Assembly (NCBI GenBank): GCA_964500645.1
Contig: CAZCOH010000001.1
Span: 24,967-88,966, forward strand
Reading direction: 5' to 3'
From: an uncultured Dehalococcoidia bacterium
Lineage (GTDB): Bacteria > Chloroflexota > Dehalococcoidia > Lucifugimonadales > UBA826
Length of the DNA: 64,000 bases
Part shown: positions 1 through 10,060 of the stretch, piece by piece
Numbering within the stretch: position 1 is the stretch's first letter
How the letters are laid out: the number at the start of each line of letters is the position of its first letter
Program-made: the position numbers and the translations under genes
Notes under the pieces: model-generated
Told to the model about the DNA's origin: nothing
Seen by the model: only the letters and a program-made list of their open reading frames with translations
Database searches by the model: none

Positions 1-1148
1 CTTCATGACATCCGATTTCACATGAAATCTCACGTCATTAGTCATGAAAGATCCAGAAGGGTTATTCGAAAAATCAGAAAATGCATTTGACTGTACTCCA
101 TGATCACCTATCAATTTATCAACAGTTAAAGCAACATCCTCGATAGGACCCGGCAAATCAACGTTTGAAAGAATATGACGAACAGAAGAAGAAGCTTGAG
201 GTGCATTACCTGCTGGCTCTTTGAAAACAATGGAGCGACTCCAGGAAGGAGAATTGAAAATGGTACATTTCAGAGTTAATTTAACAATATATTTTCCTTT
301 AATTTCCGATCGCGTATATGTTCTTCTAATGAGTGAGTCGACCGCAGAAAATAAAACTTCTCTGGAGATAGATGGGAACGGAAGAGAGATAAACTCAGTT
401 AATTCAAGGTTTTTTTTGTCAGCCACGATAGGATCTAAATCAATACCTTGTGATAAATCCCATGCTTTACGGCCCATCTGTCCAAATCTAGCTTGAATAC
501 TTCCAAGCTTTTGAAGAGATAAATCACCTATAGTATGAATTGAGAGTCTATGTAATCCTCTTATAGTCTCCCAATTTACAGGAAGTATATCTACGGAAAA
601 CGGTCTCAAAAATCTAGATACACTTTTTGAATCTCCCCCAACTTTGGTAGCTCTACCTTGACGACTAGAAATCGCCGCCACATAAGAGAAAAATTTACTA
701 CGCGATATGCCCACTCTGGGATTAAGAAATTCAGGAACAGACCTCAATATACGAGAAATTATCTCGGTTTCATCAGCATAAACATTTTTTAATCCTTTAA
801 TATCAACATAAGCTACACCTAAATCGTCTTGTTGTATCTTAGGCGCGATTTTAGACACATCAGACATTATCCTTGCAAAAATCTTTCCGTAAATTTCAGT
901 GTCAGCCCGTAACACGATTGAGTTAGGCGAAATAGATACCGCCTTAGAGAGAGGCATTCCAGCACGAACACCTTTAATTTGATGAGAAGTATCAAAAACT
1001 ACAGAATTTGCTGATCTGGTTCGACGAAATTGTGATTTATTCGATGAATCATATTTGTAAAGAATAATTTGTTTATCAACTAAATCAGGAGATCTATGCA
1101 TTTCATATTTGACACCTAAATGCGTTATCAATAAACATGCGATTTTCA
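1..1148 (-). CDS. Y-family DNA polymerase, ImuB-like (3' end runs off the window)
   Basis: Absent from the ORF track because it is open to the window edge. My translation from ATG 1148..1146 reads MKIACLLITHLGVKYEMHRSPDLVDKQ...HQIKGVRAGMPLSKAVSISP...HTIGDLSLQKLGSIQARFGQMGRKAWDLSQGID. Y-family layout, but lacks the acidic DMD-type N-terminal motif of DinB, as in ImuB. SOS box upstream. Confidence 0.6.
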
Positions 1149-1205
1149 TGTCTTTTACCAATATACAAAAACCCACTTGTTACAAATCATCTAATTGCTT
1201 AGTTG

Positions 1206-1235
1206 ATTATAATAGAACATAAGTTCTAAAAACAA
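1206..1235 (-). promoter_or_regulatory. SOS-regulated promoter: -35 TTGTTT, LexA box AGAACATAAGTTCT (1214..1227), -10 TATAAT
   Basis: On the minus strand, TTGTTT-18 nt-TATAAT lies about 58 nt upstream of ATG 1148. The spacer contains perfect GAAC-N4-GTTC arms (Gram-positive/Cheo-type LexA box). A lexA gene is present in the window. Confidence 0.55.
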
Positions 1236-1422
1236 GTTCGGAAATGATCACATTTCTGGACCCATTTCAGGAAAGAAATATCAGGTCACTAATCTGTTAG
1301 GACTGGGTGATGACACCGCTCTCAGAGAATGGGCCTTAAAGATATATAAACAGCAACACCCAGACGAATGGTCCAGTGAAGCACAGAGAGTTTTTGATCT
1401 AAAGTTGAGCAGTAGGGTAGTT

Positions 1423-1530
1423 ATGCAAACCCGAAGAGCGAATGGAAGTGGAAGCGTCCAGAAAAGAGGCAACGCCTGGCAGATACGGTACCTTGCTCCT
1501 CCTGATAAAGGCGAGGCCAGATATCATCAG
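1423..1530 (+). pseudogene. Relic of a tyrosine integrase N-terminus (arm/AP2-like domain only)
   Basis: MQTRRANGSGSVQKRGNAWQIRYLAPPDKGEARY matches the common integrase start pattern RR-x-NG-x-GS-[IV]-x-KR-x(2,3)-W-x-x-R-[YV]. No core-binding or catalytic domain follows. The ORF runs into the convergent GNAT gene and stops at 1596. Confidence 0.35.
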
Positions 1531-1569
1531 CTATACATTCTAGAGAGAATTTATCCCATTCTAGAAAAT

Positions 1570-2109
1570 CTAATCTTCCCAACTCTTCGGCAATAGTTGT
1601 ATTTGACGCTCTGTTTTATAAACACGCATACCGCGAGATAAATAATTCGAAAGAGCATTGGGATGATCTAAACTGCAGGTATGTAGCCATACTCTCATGG
1701 CACCCAGACCAAAAGCATCCTCAAGGGCTCTAGCTAGCATATATCCTCCTAGCCCTTTACCCAAAAATTTTGGCATTAATCCAAAATATGAGACTTCAAT
1801 ATCTCCTTGATCATGAGATTCCAGTTCATAATATCCTGCAGGGCATGACTGATATTCCATGAGGTAAAAGTTCACGTTCGGTTGAGACAACCTGTCAGAC
1901 CATTGATCAAGTTCCCAATAATATCGATCGGCCCAGTTCCATTTTCTACCAACCGTACGATACAAACATCTCAAAAAATTAGGCTCTGGGTCTTTCAACT
2001 CAACAATTTCGACCGGAAAATCAACGTGATATCCATAAACGATTTCACGACTGTCAGATATCTGAAGATAACTAACAGTCACTGGATGTTCAATGAATTC
2101 CATTACCAT
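1570..2109 (-). CDS. GNAT family N-acetyltransferase
   Basis: 179 aa. The acetyl-CoA binding region ...FGLMPKFLGKGLGGYMLARALEDAF... plus C-terminal ...NALSNYLSRGMRVYK is typical of GNAT. Confidence 0.75.
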   Translation of the reverse strand: MVMEFIEHPVTVSYLQISDSREIVYGYHVDFPVEIVELKDPEPNFLRCLYRTVGRKWNWADRYYWELDQWSDRLSQPNVNFYLMEYQSCPAGYYELESHDQGDIEVSYFGLMPKFLGKGLGGYMLARALEDAFGLGAMRVWLHTCSLDHPNALSNYLSRGMRVYKTERQIQLLPKSWED

Positions 2110-2135
2110 GATCTAATAAATTATGATTGCTTCAA

Positions 2136-3254
2136 TCAGCCGACCTTGTATCTATTCAAAAACTCCATATTAAGCTCAAATCCAATACCTGGTCTATCCG
2201 GAACAGTAACAAACCCATCACTATCAGGAAGCATCCTAGGAAGAAACATTTCCGCACGGATTGGATCAACTGCAACCGGATAATATTCCAAGAATTCCCC
2301 ATGTGGTATTGCTGCAGCAAGAGGAAGTTGAAGCTCCTGGCAACCATGAGGGGCAATAGAAACTCCTCTTTCCAGAGCAAGATCTGTAACATCCTTGGCA
2401 ACATCGTATCCAGGACAAATAGTCACATCTACATTCAAAATATCCGCTCCATTATGATCAAGTAATGTTTCAAAGTGAGCCAAATGATATCCATTCTCGC
2501 CGGTTGCAATCTTCACATTTGAAACATCTCGGAGCTTACCGTGTTCCTTGTATCTATGTATAGGCATTGGCTCCTCAAACCAGTAAACATCAAATTTATC
2601 AAGCTCTTCTGCAAAGGTGAGAGAATCTTCTAAGTTAAGAGCACAATTGGCATCCGCCATAAGAACGACCGAATCCCCTACAGCTTCACGAGCAGCTTCT
2701 ACCCTTTTAATGTCTCCTACAATGCCTACATGCGGATCACCTATTTTTATTTTCACAGCTCCAGCATGCATCTCATCAACGTTGAATTTAACTTCTTCCT
2801 GTAGTTCTTTTATACCTTTATTTTCAGCGTAATATCCTCCAGCAATATAAGTCCTAATCCTACTTTGGGAACCTCCTAAAAGCTGGTGGATAGATTTACC
2901 GAGTGCCTTTCCCTTAATATCCCAGCATGCAATATTTATCGCAGCTAAAACCTGGGTGTTGACACCTCCAGGGCCGAGTATTTTTATATGCTTTTCGCCA
3001 AGATCATCCACGATACCTCGAGTATCCATAGGATCCCTTCCGATCAAAAGTCCCCTGAAATAATCGACAAAAGGCGGGAATATATTCAATGGTCTCTCTG
3101 CAGCCGTACCCCCATTCCAACCATAACCTTCTATCCCCTCATCTGTCTTAACAGTGACCTTATGCAACCTACCAGGACCATAAAAGTGACCACCATTCCA
3201 TATTCCTGGACGTTCCCACTCAAATACCTCACTGATTACGTCCGTGATTTTCAT
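2136..3254 (-). CDS. Enolase-superfamily enzyme (mandelate racemase/muconate lactonizing family, acid-sugar dehydratase-like)
   Basis: 372 aa. MKITDV start, capping domain, KIKIG (KxK), ADAN, FEEP and ATGE metal-ligand motifs. Confidence 0.9.
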   Translation of the reverse strand: MKITDVISEVFEWERPGIWNGGHFYGPGRLHKVTVKTDEGIEGYGWNGGTAAERPLNIFPPFVDYFRGLLIGRDPMDTRGIVDDLGEKHIKILGPGGVNTQVLAAINIACWDIKGKALGKSIHQLLGGSQSRIRTYIAGGYYAENKGIKELQEEVKFNVDEMHAGAVKIKIGDPHVGIVGDIKRVEAAREAVGDSVVLMADANCALNLEDSLTFAEELDKFDVYWFEEPMPIHRYKEHGKLRDVSNVKIATGENGYHLAHFETLLDHNGADILNVDVTICPGYDVAKDVTDLALERGVSIAPHGCQELQLPLAAAIPHGEFLEYYPVAVDPIRAEMFLPRMLPDSDGFVTVPDRPGIGFELNMEFLNRYKVG

Positions 3255-3304
3255 AAATATATTGCTCCTAATATTTTTTAAAATTATCGAATGAATATCC
3301 TACG

Positions 3305-4258
3305 CTATCGCGAGAATTCAAGTTTTTTGGTCTTTATGTAAGACTCCCCCCCAAACACAATGATACCCACCACAACAAATACTAATCCTATGAGAAGTCC
3401 AATTCCTGCTTCTTCGCCTAATATAAACCAAGAAAGCATCACCCCTGCCGGAGGATTGACAAAAGAAAAGAAGGTTATTGTTGAAGGCAAGTATCTTTTC
3501 ATCAACCATGCATTAGAAATGAATCCAAATCCTGCTATAACTAAACCCTGATATAAAAGACCCTGCCAAAATCTAATTTCTAAAGTATAAGTTGGAGACT
3601 CAAAGAAATAACTAGAAACAAAAAACGTAGCAATACCAAAAATAAGCTGGTAAAACATGATTTTAGCCTCTGAAATTTTTTGGGCGAAATTTGACATAAG
3701 AACTAATCTGGACCCCAGCAGAACTGCAGAAATCAAACTTAATATGTCTCCTCTGACAGTAGCTCCTTCACTATTAATACCTATGATTACAGAATCCATC
3801 AAGACAATCGAAAGAACACCAGAGTACGACAAAACCATGGCGATGATTCTCCATCGGCTGAGTGCATCTCCAGGCACAACAAAATGTGCTATTACGGCAG
3901 CCCAAATAGGATAAGTTGCATTCAAGGCAGTTGCATGTCCAGCCGTCGTGAAATCCTGGCCATAATTCATAAAAACTATTTGAGCGCAGAAAAGAAGTCC
4001 GATTATAAAAATAGGTCTAATTTCCCTCATAGACACGGAAAAAGAATCTCTTCTCAAAGACATGAAGGAAAAAGTAACCAGAATCCCTAAGGCAAATCTC
4101 ATCCATGCAACTTGTAACGGTCCTGAATAATCAAGAGTAGTTTTAATACTAACGTGATTTCCACCCCACAAAAAAGACAGGAATACCTGAAATAAACTTG
4201 GGAAAACCCCAGCAGGACGCCTAGCATCCAAATCTTTATTGACCTGATTATTCAACAA
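3305..4258 (-). CDS. EamA/DMT family transporter
   Basis: 317 aa, about 10 hydrophobic helices in two internally repeated halves. TTG start as called. Confidence 0.75.
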   Translation of the reverse strand: MLNNQVNKDLDARRPAGVFPSLFQVFLSFLWGGNHVSIKTTLDYSGPLQVAWMRFALGILVTFSFMSLRRDSFSVSMREIRPIFIIGLLFCAQIVFMNYGQDFTTAGHATALNATYPIWAAVIAHFVVPGDALSRWRIIAMVLSYSGVLSIVLMDSVIIGINSEGATVRGDILSLISAVLLGSRLVLMSNFAQKISEAKIMFYQLIFGIATFFVSSYFFESPTYTLEIRFWQGLLYQGLVIAGFGFISNAWLMKRYLPSTITFFSFVNPPAGVMLSWFILGEEAGIGLLIGLVFVVVGIIVFGGESYIKTKKLEFSR

Positions 4259-4430
4259 CTAGAGATCACCTACCATCTCGAATTAATTATTTCGGAACTC
4301 AAACACTTCAAGTAGCAATAAGGCTTACATAATTTACTGCACAAAGCATAATGTTACCCCCTCAATAAAAAATGCCATTTACAGATCTCATGATAATCAG
4401 CCAGTCTCATGTTATTCTCTTACGGTAAAT

Positions 4431-5513
4431 ATGGCACAACCAAGAGAAATAATATTATCTGTAGTAGATCAGTCACCAATTAGACGTGACGGTACTCCAT
4501 CTGAGGCTCTCAATGAGTCTGTAGCTTTAGCTATACATGCTGAAAAGGCAGGATACTCTAGATACTGGGTATCTGAGCATCACAATTCGAGTTCATTTTC
4601 AGGTACAAGCCCAGAAATATTGATAGGGCAAATTGCAGCGAACACTAAAACTATACGAGTTGGTAGTGGTGGCGTGATGTTGAGCCATTACTCAGCTCTG
4701 AAAGTCGCCGAGCAATTCAGCATGCTGGATTCTTTCTATCCTGGACGAATTGATCTGGGAATAGGTAGAGCCCCCGGAAGCGATCGCAGAACTGCAGCCG
4801 CCTTAACATACCCGAGACCAACGATGGATGTACAAAGTGACTTTGCCCAAATGATTAAAGACCTATCTCAGTTTTTAGATGAGGGTATAGACGATACGAA
4901 TCCTTTACACGGCATCGTAGCCCATCCAGGAGGAAAAAAAGAATCCTCTCCAGAAATATGGCTTCTCGGTTCCAGTGACTACAGTGCAAGATTAGCAGCG
5001 GAATTAGGACTTCCTTTTAGCTTTGCTGATTTCTTCGGAAATACATCTGAATACGGACCTCAGGTTGCTGAAATATATAGACGCAATTTCAGACCATCTC
5101 AGTACATATCAGAGCCTCAATTGAATGTAGCTCTTCAGGTCATATGTGCAGATACAGAAGAAAAAGCAAAGTTCGTGGGATCATCACGAAGCCTGAACAA
5201 AGTTCTATCCCGACTAGGACTATCCACAAAAGGATTGATACCCCCGGAAGAAGCAAATGATTGGCCACTGGAAGAACATGCAAAGGCATATATAGAACAC
5301 GAAACTAAAAGTTACATTGAAGGAGATCCATCCCAAGTTCTGGACGGAATATTCAACGCATCTGAAAGGTATGAAACTTCAGATATAGGAATAGTTTCCA
5401 ACTGCTATTATTTTGAAGATCGCAAGAAGTCTTATTCTCTGGTTGCTGAACACCTGATTGGATCCACTCCTAAAAACGAAACATCCAACGAAACATCATA
5501 TGTTGAGAACTAG
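4431..5513 (+). CDS. LLM-class (luciferase-like) flavin-dependent oxidoreductase
   Basis: 360 aa. ...GYSRYWVSEHHNSSSF..., ...GGVMLSHYSALKVAEQF..., ...IDLGIGRAPG... are typical of the YhbW/MsnO8-like LLM subgroup. Confidence 0.85.
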   Translation: MAQPREIILSVVDQSPIRRDGTPSEALNESVALAIHAEKAGYSRYWVSEHHNSSSFSGTSPEILIGQIAANTKTIRVGSGGVMLSHYSALKVAEQFSMLDSFYPGRIDLGIGRAPGSDRRTAAALTYPRPTMDVQSDFAQMIKDLSQFLDEGIDDTNPLHGIVAHPGGKKESSPEIWLLGSSDYSARLAAELGLPFSFADFFGNTSEYGPQVAEIYRRNFRPSQYISEPQLNVALQVICADTEEKAKFVGSSRSLNKVLSRLGLSTKGLIPPEEANDWPLEEHAKAYIEHETKSYIEGDPSQVLDGIFNASERYETSDIGIVSNCYYFEDRKKSYSLVAEHLIGSTPKNETSNETSYVEN

Positions 5514-5533
5514 TATTTGATGGTCCAGTTATC

Positions 5534-6877
5534 CTATGCATAGTCCATGGGATGCCTAGGTTTGGTTGCCATCAGAAAACAAATTCCACCAACCGCGGCC
5601 AGAAAACCCAATACTCCGAATGCCACTGTGTAACTTCCAGTATTGTCTCTCATAAGGCCTGCAAAAATTGGGCCGATCAGAAGAAGTACATTCATCGGAA
5701 CTTGGGATATCCCCATAATTTTTCCATAGTTTTTTCTTCCAAAATAGTCACCCCTTATTGACGAAGAAATTGGATTCCTCCCCCCAAATCCGATCCCAAA
5801 CAAAACGGCGAATATATACGCTGTCGACAATGTTGGAGCACCAAACGTCAGAACAAATACACCGGCAGCCTGACACATTGTAAATATCATCAGGGCTACA
5901 TTCTTGGCAATTCTATCTCCAACATAACCGCCAATAAGTTGAAAAACCATAGAAACAGCAGTATATCCTGACACAACAAATGAGGCGGTCTGTAGGCTGT
6001 AGTTCATGTCTGTCATCATTGGAGCCAAATGAAGCATTAGTGCTAATAACACCATTGAGGTAAATCCATGTCCTAGACTAATAAACCAAAAAGCTTTGGT
6101 CCTGAGGGCTTGCCCAACCGTGAAATCACGACTTATTTCATTTTTTTCATCTAAGGAGTCAGTCTTCACGCCCGACTTCATAGCCCCTTTTGTGTCGCCA
6201 TCAGGGAGCAATCCATAATCTTCCGGCCTATTTCTTAAAAGTCTAGTGAGGGGAAACGCAATCCCAAATATCACCACGCCAAGAATTAATGCTGTAGCGC
6301 TCCATCCCAACCTATCAGGCATATCAGGGTCAACTAACCACGCTAAAAGTGGTACAAAAAAAAGGGAACCTAGTCTTGACACAGAATTTGCTAGTCCCAT
6401 CGCGAAAGATCGTCGCCTTACAAACCAATTGTTGAGCATTGTATTGAGAGCTAACCAACTACCCAATCCTTGACCAAGAGCAATAACAAGATAGGCTAAA
6501 TAGAAAACTAAAATATGATTGGTAAAACTGAATATAATCCACCCAACCCCCATTACAATCATCCCAACCAACACCATTCTGCGAGTTCCGTATTTATCTA
6601 TTAAGTAACCCTCCAAAGGACCCAATATTCCACCCTCAATACGAGTAAAAGAAAGTGCGAGAGATAGCTGTGTTCTATTCCAGCCGAATGCTCTTTCCAT
6701 TGCCACGGCCCAAATCCCCATTGCATGAAACAAAGGAGTAGTGGCTACTAACATGACGAGCCCAAAGACTGGTACCAGATACCATCCATAATAGGTTTTC
6801 TTTAGTCTACCTATCAAAGATGGATTTTCAGATTTGTTATTTACAACACTCAACGAGAAAAATCCAATACGATACAA
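5534..6877 (-). CDS. MFS transporter
   Basis: 447 aa, 12 predicted helices, central hydrophilic loop. TTG start is uncertain. Confidence 0.85.
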   Translation of the reverse strand: MYRIGFFSLSVVNNKSENPSLIGRLKKTYYGWYLVPVFGLVMLVATTPLFHAMGIWAVAMERAFGWNRTQLSLALSFTRIEGGILGPLEGYLIDKYGTRRMVLVGMIVMGVGWIIFSFTNHILVFYLAYLVIALGQGLGSWLALNTMLNNWFVRRRSFAMGLANSVSRLGSLFFVPLLAWLVDPDMPDRLGWSATALILGVVIFGIAFPLTRLLRNRPEDYGLLPDGDTKGAMKSGVKTDSLDEKNEISRDFTVGQALRTKAFWFISLGHGFTSMVLLALMLHLAPMMTDMNYSLQTASFVVSGYTAVSMVFQLIGGYVGDRIAKNVALMIFTMCQAAGVFVLTFGAPTLSTAYIFAVLFGIGFGGRNPISSSIRGDYFGRKNYGKIMGISQVPMNVLLLIGPIFAGLMRDNTGSYTVAFGVLGFLAAVGGICFLMATKPRHPMDYA

Positions 6878-7093
6878 CTAGATGATATTTTAAAAGGCCA
6901 CAATTTGTACGTTTCTAGGCAACCAAATCAATGACTTATAATGCAGGAATATACATTCACAAATATTAATGCATTGTTAATGAAGGAGTCCATAGAATTT
7001 CCTACATTCATATATTGATATATTCATCAACTCACCTCTAACTGTAATATATGTTTATTGCTCACAGCCTAAGACGATAAAAGGAGGTAAAAA

Positions 7094-8734
7094 TTGGAAA
7101 ACAAGCCCAATATAATACTCATACTAGCTGATGACATGGGATATTCCGATCTGGGGTGTTACGGCTCAGAAATTCAGACTCCAAATATTGATTCCCTAGC
7201 TGAAAACGGAATCTTATTTTCCCAAATGTATAACTCCGCGAGGTGCTGCCCATCTCGAGCTGCTTTGTTAACAGGTTTAAATCCGCACCAGGCAGGTATA
7301 GGTCACATGGTATCCACTTTCGGAATTCAATCACCATTACATTCTGGGCCGTATCAAGGTTATCTAAACAAAAATTGTGCAACTATTGCAGAAGTTCTTA
7401 GAATTAGTGGTTATTCTACTTACATGTCAGGAAAGTGGCATGTAGGTGGTGGATATGACCTCGTAAACGAAAAGTCATGGTCCGCAGGTGCTGAAGGTAA
7501 CCCGATTCCCACACAACGCGGATTTGATGAGTTTTTTGGAATTGTTGCCGGAGCTGCAAATTATTTTCATCCTCGCACCTTAATGAAGAACGATACTTTC
7601 ATAGGGATTGGTGAAGATTCTTTTTATCTGACAGATGCAATTAGTGATGAAGCAGTGTCAATGATCGATGACGCTTCACAAAAAGACAATCCATTTTTCA
7701 TGCATATTGCTTACACTGCACCCCACTGGCCTCTCCACGCGTTAGAAGAAGACATAGCCAAATATGAGGGAACCTACAAGATGGGATGGGACAACCTCAG
7801 AGCTAACAGGCATGAAGAACTAAAAGGCAAAAAAATACTGGATGCAAAATGGGATATATCTCCCCGAAATTCTTCTTCACAATCATGGAAAACATCGAAA
7901 GACAAAACTTGGGAAGATCTGCGAATGTCAGTGTATTCAGCCATGATAGACAGAATGGACCAAGGCATTGGCAAAATTCTAAAGAAACTCAAGGAATTAA
8001 ATATGGAGGATAATACGATTCTGATGTTTCTTTCAGACAACGGAGGCTGTGCTGAATTTCTAGCCGAAGATTCAAACAGACCGTCACCGTCCCAATACAG
8101 TTCTCCAACACGAGATGGTCGATCCATTAAAGTAGGGAACCGAAAAGACTTACGCCCTGGGCCTGATGATACTTTCATGAGCTACGACTTATCTTGGGCA
8201 AATGCAAGTAATTCTCCATTCCGTCTATTCAAAAGATGGACTCATGAAGGTGGAATTTCAACCCCATTTATTGTCAGTTGGCCTAATAAAATAAAGCGAG
8301 CACAGATAGCACATTCACCAACACACATAATAGATATTGCAACCACTATTTATGAAATCACCGGTGCAAACTACCCTGATGAAATGTACGGCCAAGAAAT
8401 CAAGCCACTGGAAGGAGAAAGTTTTTATGGAGCTTTTGAAAATGAAAAATGGCAACGTAAATCTCCAATATTCTGGGAACATGAAGGTAGTCGGGCAGTC
8501 CGTGATGGAGAGTGGAAACTCGTTTGCGAGGTAGGGTCGAATTGGGAAATTTATAATATGTCCCAAGACAGAACAGAGCTAACAAACCTTTTGAATGAAG
8601 AACAAGACAGGGTTCATAGGATGAAGGTCCAGTATCGTGAATGGTCAGATAGATGCGAGGTATCCGAATGGCCGGTTCATCAATCTAGGTGGGATCCCAA
8701 AATGATCTCCACACATGCCCATAGCTCAGGATAA
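7094..8734 (+). CDS. Arylsulfatase (Cys-type, formylglycine-dependent)
   Basis: 546 aa. ILILADDMGYSDLGCYG and the signature ARCCPSRAALLTG (C-x-P-x-R). SD AAAGGAGG precedes the TTG start. Confidence 0.9.
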   Translation: MENKPNIILILADDMGYSDLGCYGSEIQTPNIDSLAENGILFSQMYNSARCCPSRAALLTGLNPHQAGIGHMVSTFGIQSPLHSGPYQGYLNKNCATIAEVLRISGYSTYMSGKWHVGGGYDLVNEKSWSAGAEGNPIPTQRGFDEFFGIVAGAANYFHPRTLMKNDTFIGIGEDSFYLTDAISDEAVSMIDDASQKDNPFFMHIAYTAPHWPLHALEEDIAKYEGTYKMGWDNLRANRHEELKGKKILDAKWDISPRNSSSQSWKTSKDKTWEDLRMSVYSAMIDRMDQGIGKILKKLKELNMEDNTILMFLSDNGGCAEFLAEDSNRPSPSQYSSPTRDGRSIKVGNRKDLRPGPDDTFMSYDLSWANASNSPFRLFKRWTHEGGISTPFIVSWPNKIKRAQIAHSPTHIIDIATTIYEITGANYPDEMYGQEIKPLEGESFYGAFENEKWQRKSPIFWEHEGSRAVRDGEWKLVCEVGSNWEIYNMSQDRTELTNLLNEEQDRVHRMKVQYREWSDRCEVSEWPVHQSRWDPKMISTHAHSSG

Positions 8735-8740
8735 TCTCCT

Positions 8741-9997
8741 TTATTCCTGGCGTCTTATAGCTGGAGAACCAATCAAGAAGTAGGCTGAAAGCAAGAATCC
8801 CAGAACGCCCATGGCAGACAAGGCCCATCGTGGGGATGTTATGTCAGCAAACCATCCAACCAATAAACTGAAGAAAACAACCATACCCATCACTACCCTA
8901 TATACACTCATGACACGCACTCTATATTCATCATCAACCAAAGTCTGAGTCATAACTCCATTTGTAGTTCTATAAGCTGTTTGTGTCGCTCCAAATAAAG
9001 CCAATATAAGAAATGCTGACGGAATGAAGGTTGCCTGACTAAGTGAAAAGGTAAGTATTGCACTGAGAATTGCTGCAATGATACATAACATCCCTCTCAT
9101 TCGAGGAAATCCAAACGCCGACAACATAAATACCATGACAAACCCGCCTGCCCCATTTACCGCCATCAAATAACCCCCATAATCAACTCCCTGTCCCAAG
9201 ACTCCCACCGTGTACATAGGCAATAAAAAAATCACCGGATGGCAAATAATGTTTGGAGATGCCGAAAGAATCATCAACAGAGATAAAGATCTCTGTTTAT
9301 TCCATAAGTACCTAAACCCATCGATTATGTCTGAAAATACACCACTAACACCAGATACTGGAGAAGCCGTCCTTATCCCAACATAGTAAGGGGTCTTCAT
9401 TGGAAGTAGAGCAATAACAACTCCAAGGTATAAAACCGCTTCAATCAAAAAATTCCAAAAGAATCCAAATGACGCAACGATCAATCCTCCGATAAAAGGA
9501 CCAATCATTCTTGTACCCGGTATTGTAATAACACTTGTAGCATAAGCATTACTTATAGCGTGCTGAGGCACAGAATTAGCTATCAATGCTTGTCGCACAG
9601 GCATCTTAATAGACTCACAGGAGCCCGCTATTAGAGCATAAGTGTAAGCATGCCATACCTCAGCTAAGTCCAGTTTTATCAGAAGTGCAAATAAAGAGGC
9701 CATGAATATCATAAAGATTTCAATTGTTATCAGAAGCTTGCGCCTATCCAGCCTGTCCCCCAGAACGCCTCCCCAGGGACCGATCAAAATCCCAGGTAAA
9801 GCAACAACTCCACCAATGCCCATGACAAGCAAAGTGGAATTACTGGAAGACTGTGATAAATGCCGTACGAACCAACCTAAAGTCAGCAACTGTAACCACA
9901 TCGCCGTGTTGCCACAAAAATTTGCAGTCCACAGAAAGCGATAATCCCGATATTGACGCCAAGAATCTAATGTTTGAATTCTAGGTATGAAAGACAA
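8741..9997 (-). CDS. MFS transporter
   Basis: 418 aa multi-pass membrane protein with an MFS loop motif (GVLGDRLDRRK). TTG start. Confidence 0.85.
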   Translation of the reverse strand: MSFIPRIQTLDSWRQYRDYRFLWTANFCGNTAMWLQLLTLGWFVRHLSQSSSNSTLLVMGIGGVVALPGILIGPWGGVLGDRLDRRKLLITIEIFMIFMASLFALLIKLDLAEVWHAYTYALIAGSCESIKMPVRQALIANSVPQHAISNAYATSVITIPGTRMIGPFIGGLIVASFGFFWNFLIEAVLYLGVVIALLPMKTPYYVGIRTASPVSGVSGVFSDIIDGFRYLWNKQRSLSLLMILSASPNIICHPVIFLLPMYTVGVLGQGVDYGGYLMAVNGAGGFVMVFMLSAFGFPRMRGMLCIIAAILSAILTFSLSQATFIPSAFLILALFGATQTAYRTTNGVMTQTLVDDEYRVRVMSVYRVVMGMVVFFSLLVGWFADITSPRWALSAMGVLGFLLSAYFLIGSPAIRRQE

Positions 9998-10060
9998 AAG
10001 AGCTATCTGTTAGACCTTTTACTCTTTGACAACTTATTTGAATGCGTCGTAAATAAAATC

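Noticed and set aside
221-496. 91 aa plus-strand ORF from the track.
   Set aside because: It lies entirely antisense to the ImuB-like polymerase gene (1..1148, minus strand). It has no family resemblance and looks like a shadow ORF.
1149-2109. An intact prophage or ICE around the integrase-like fragment.
   Set aside because: Only about 35 integrase-like residues are present. I could find no other phage or conjugation genes, no flanking tRNA and no direct repeats. It is treated as a relic only.
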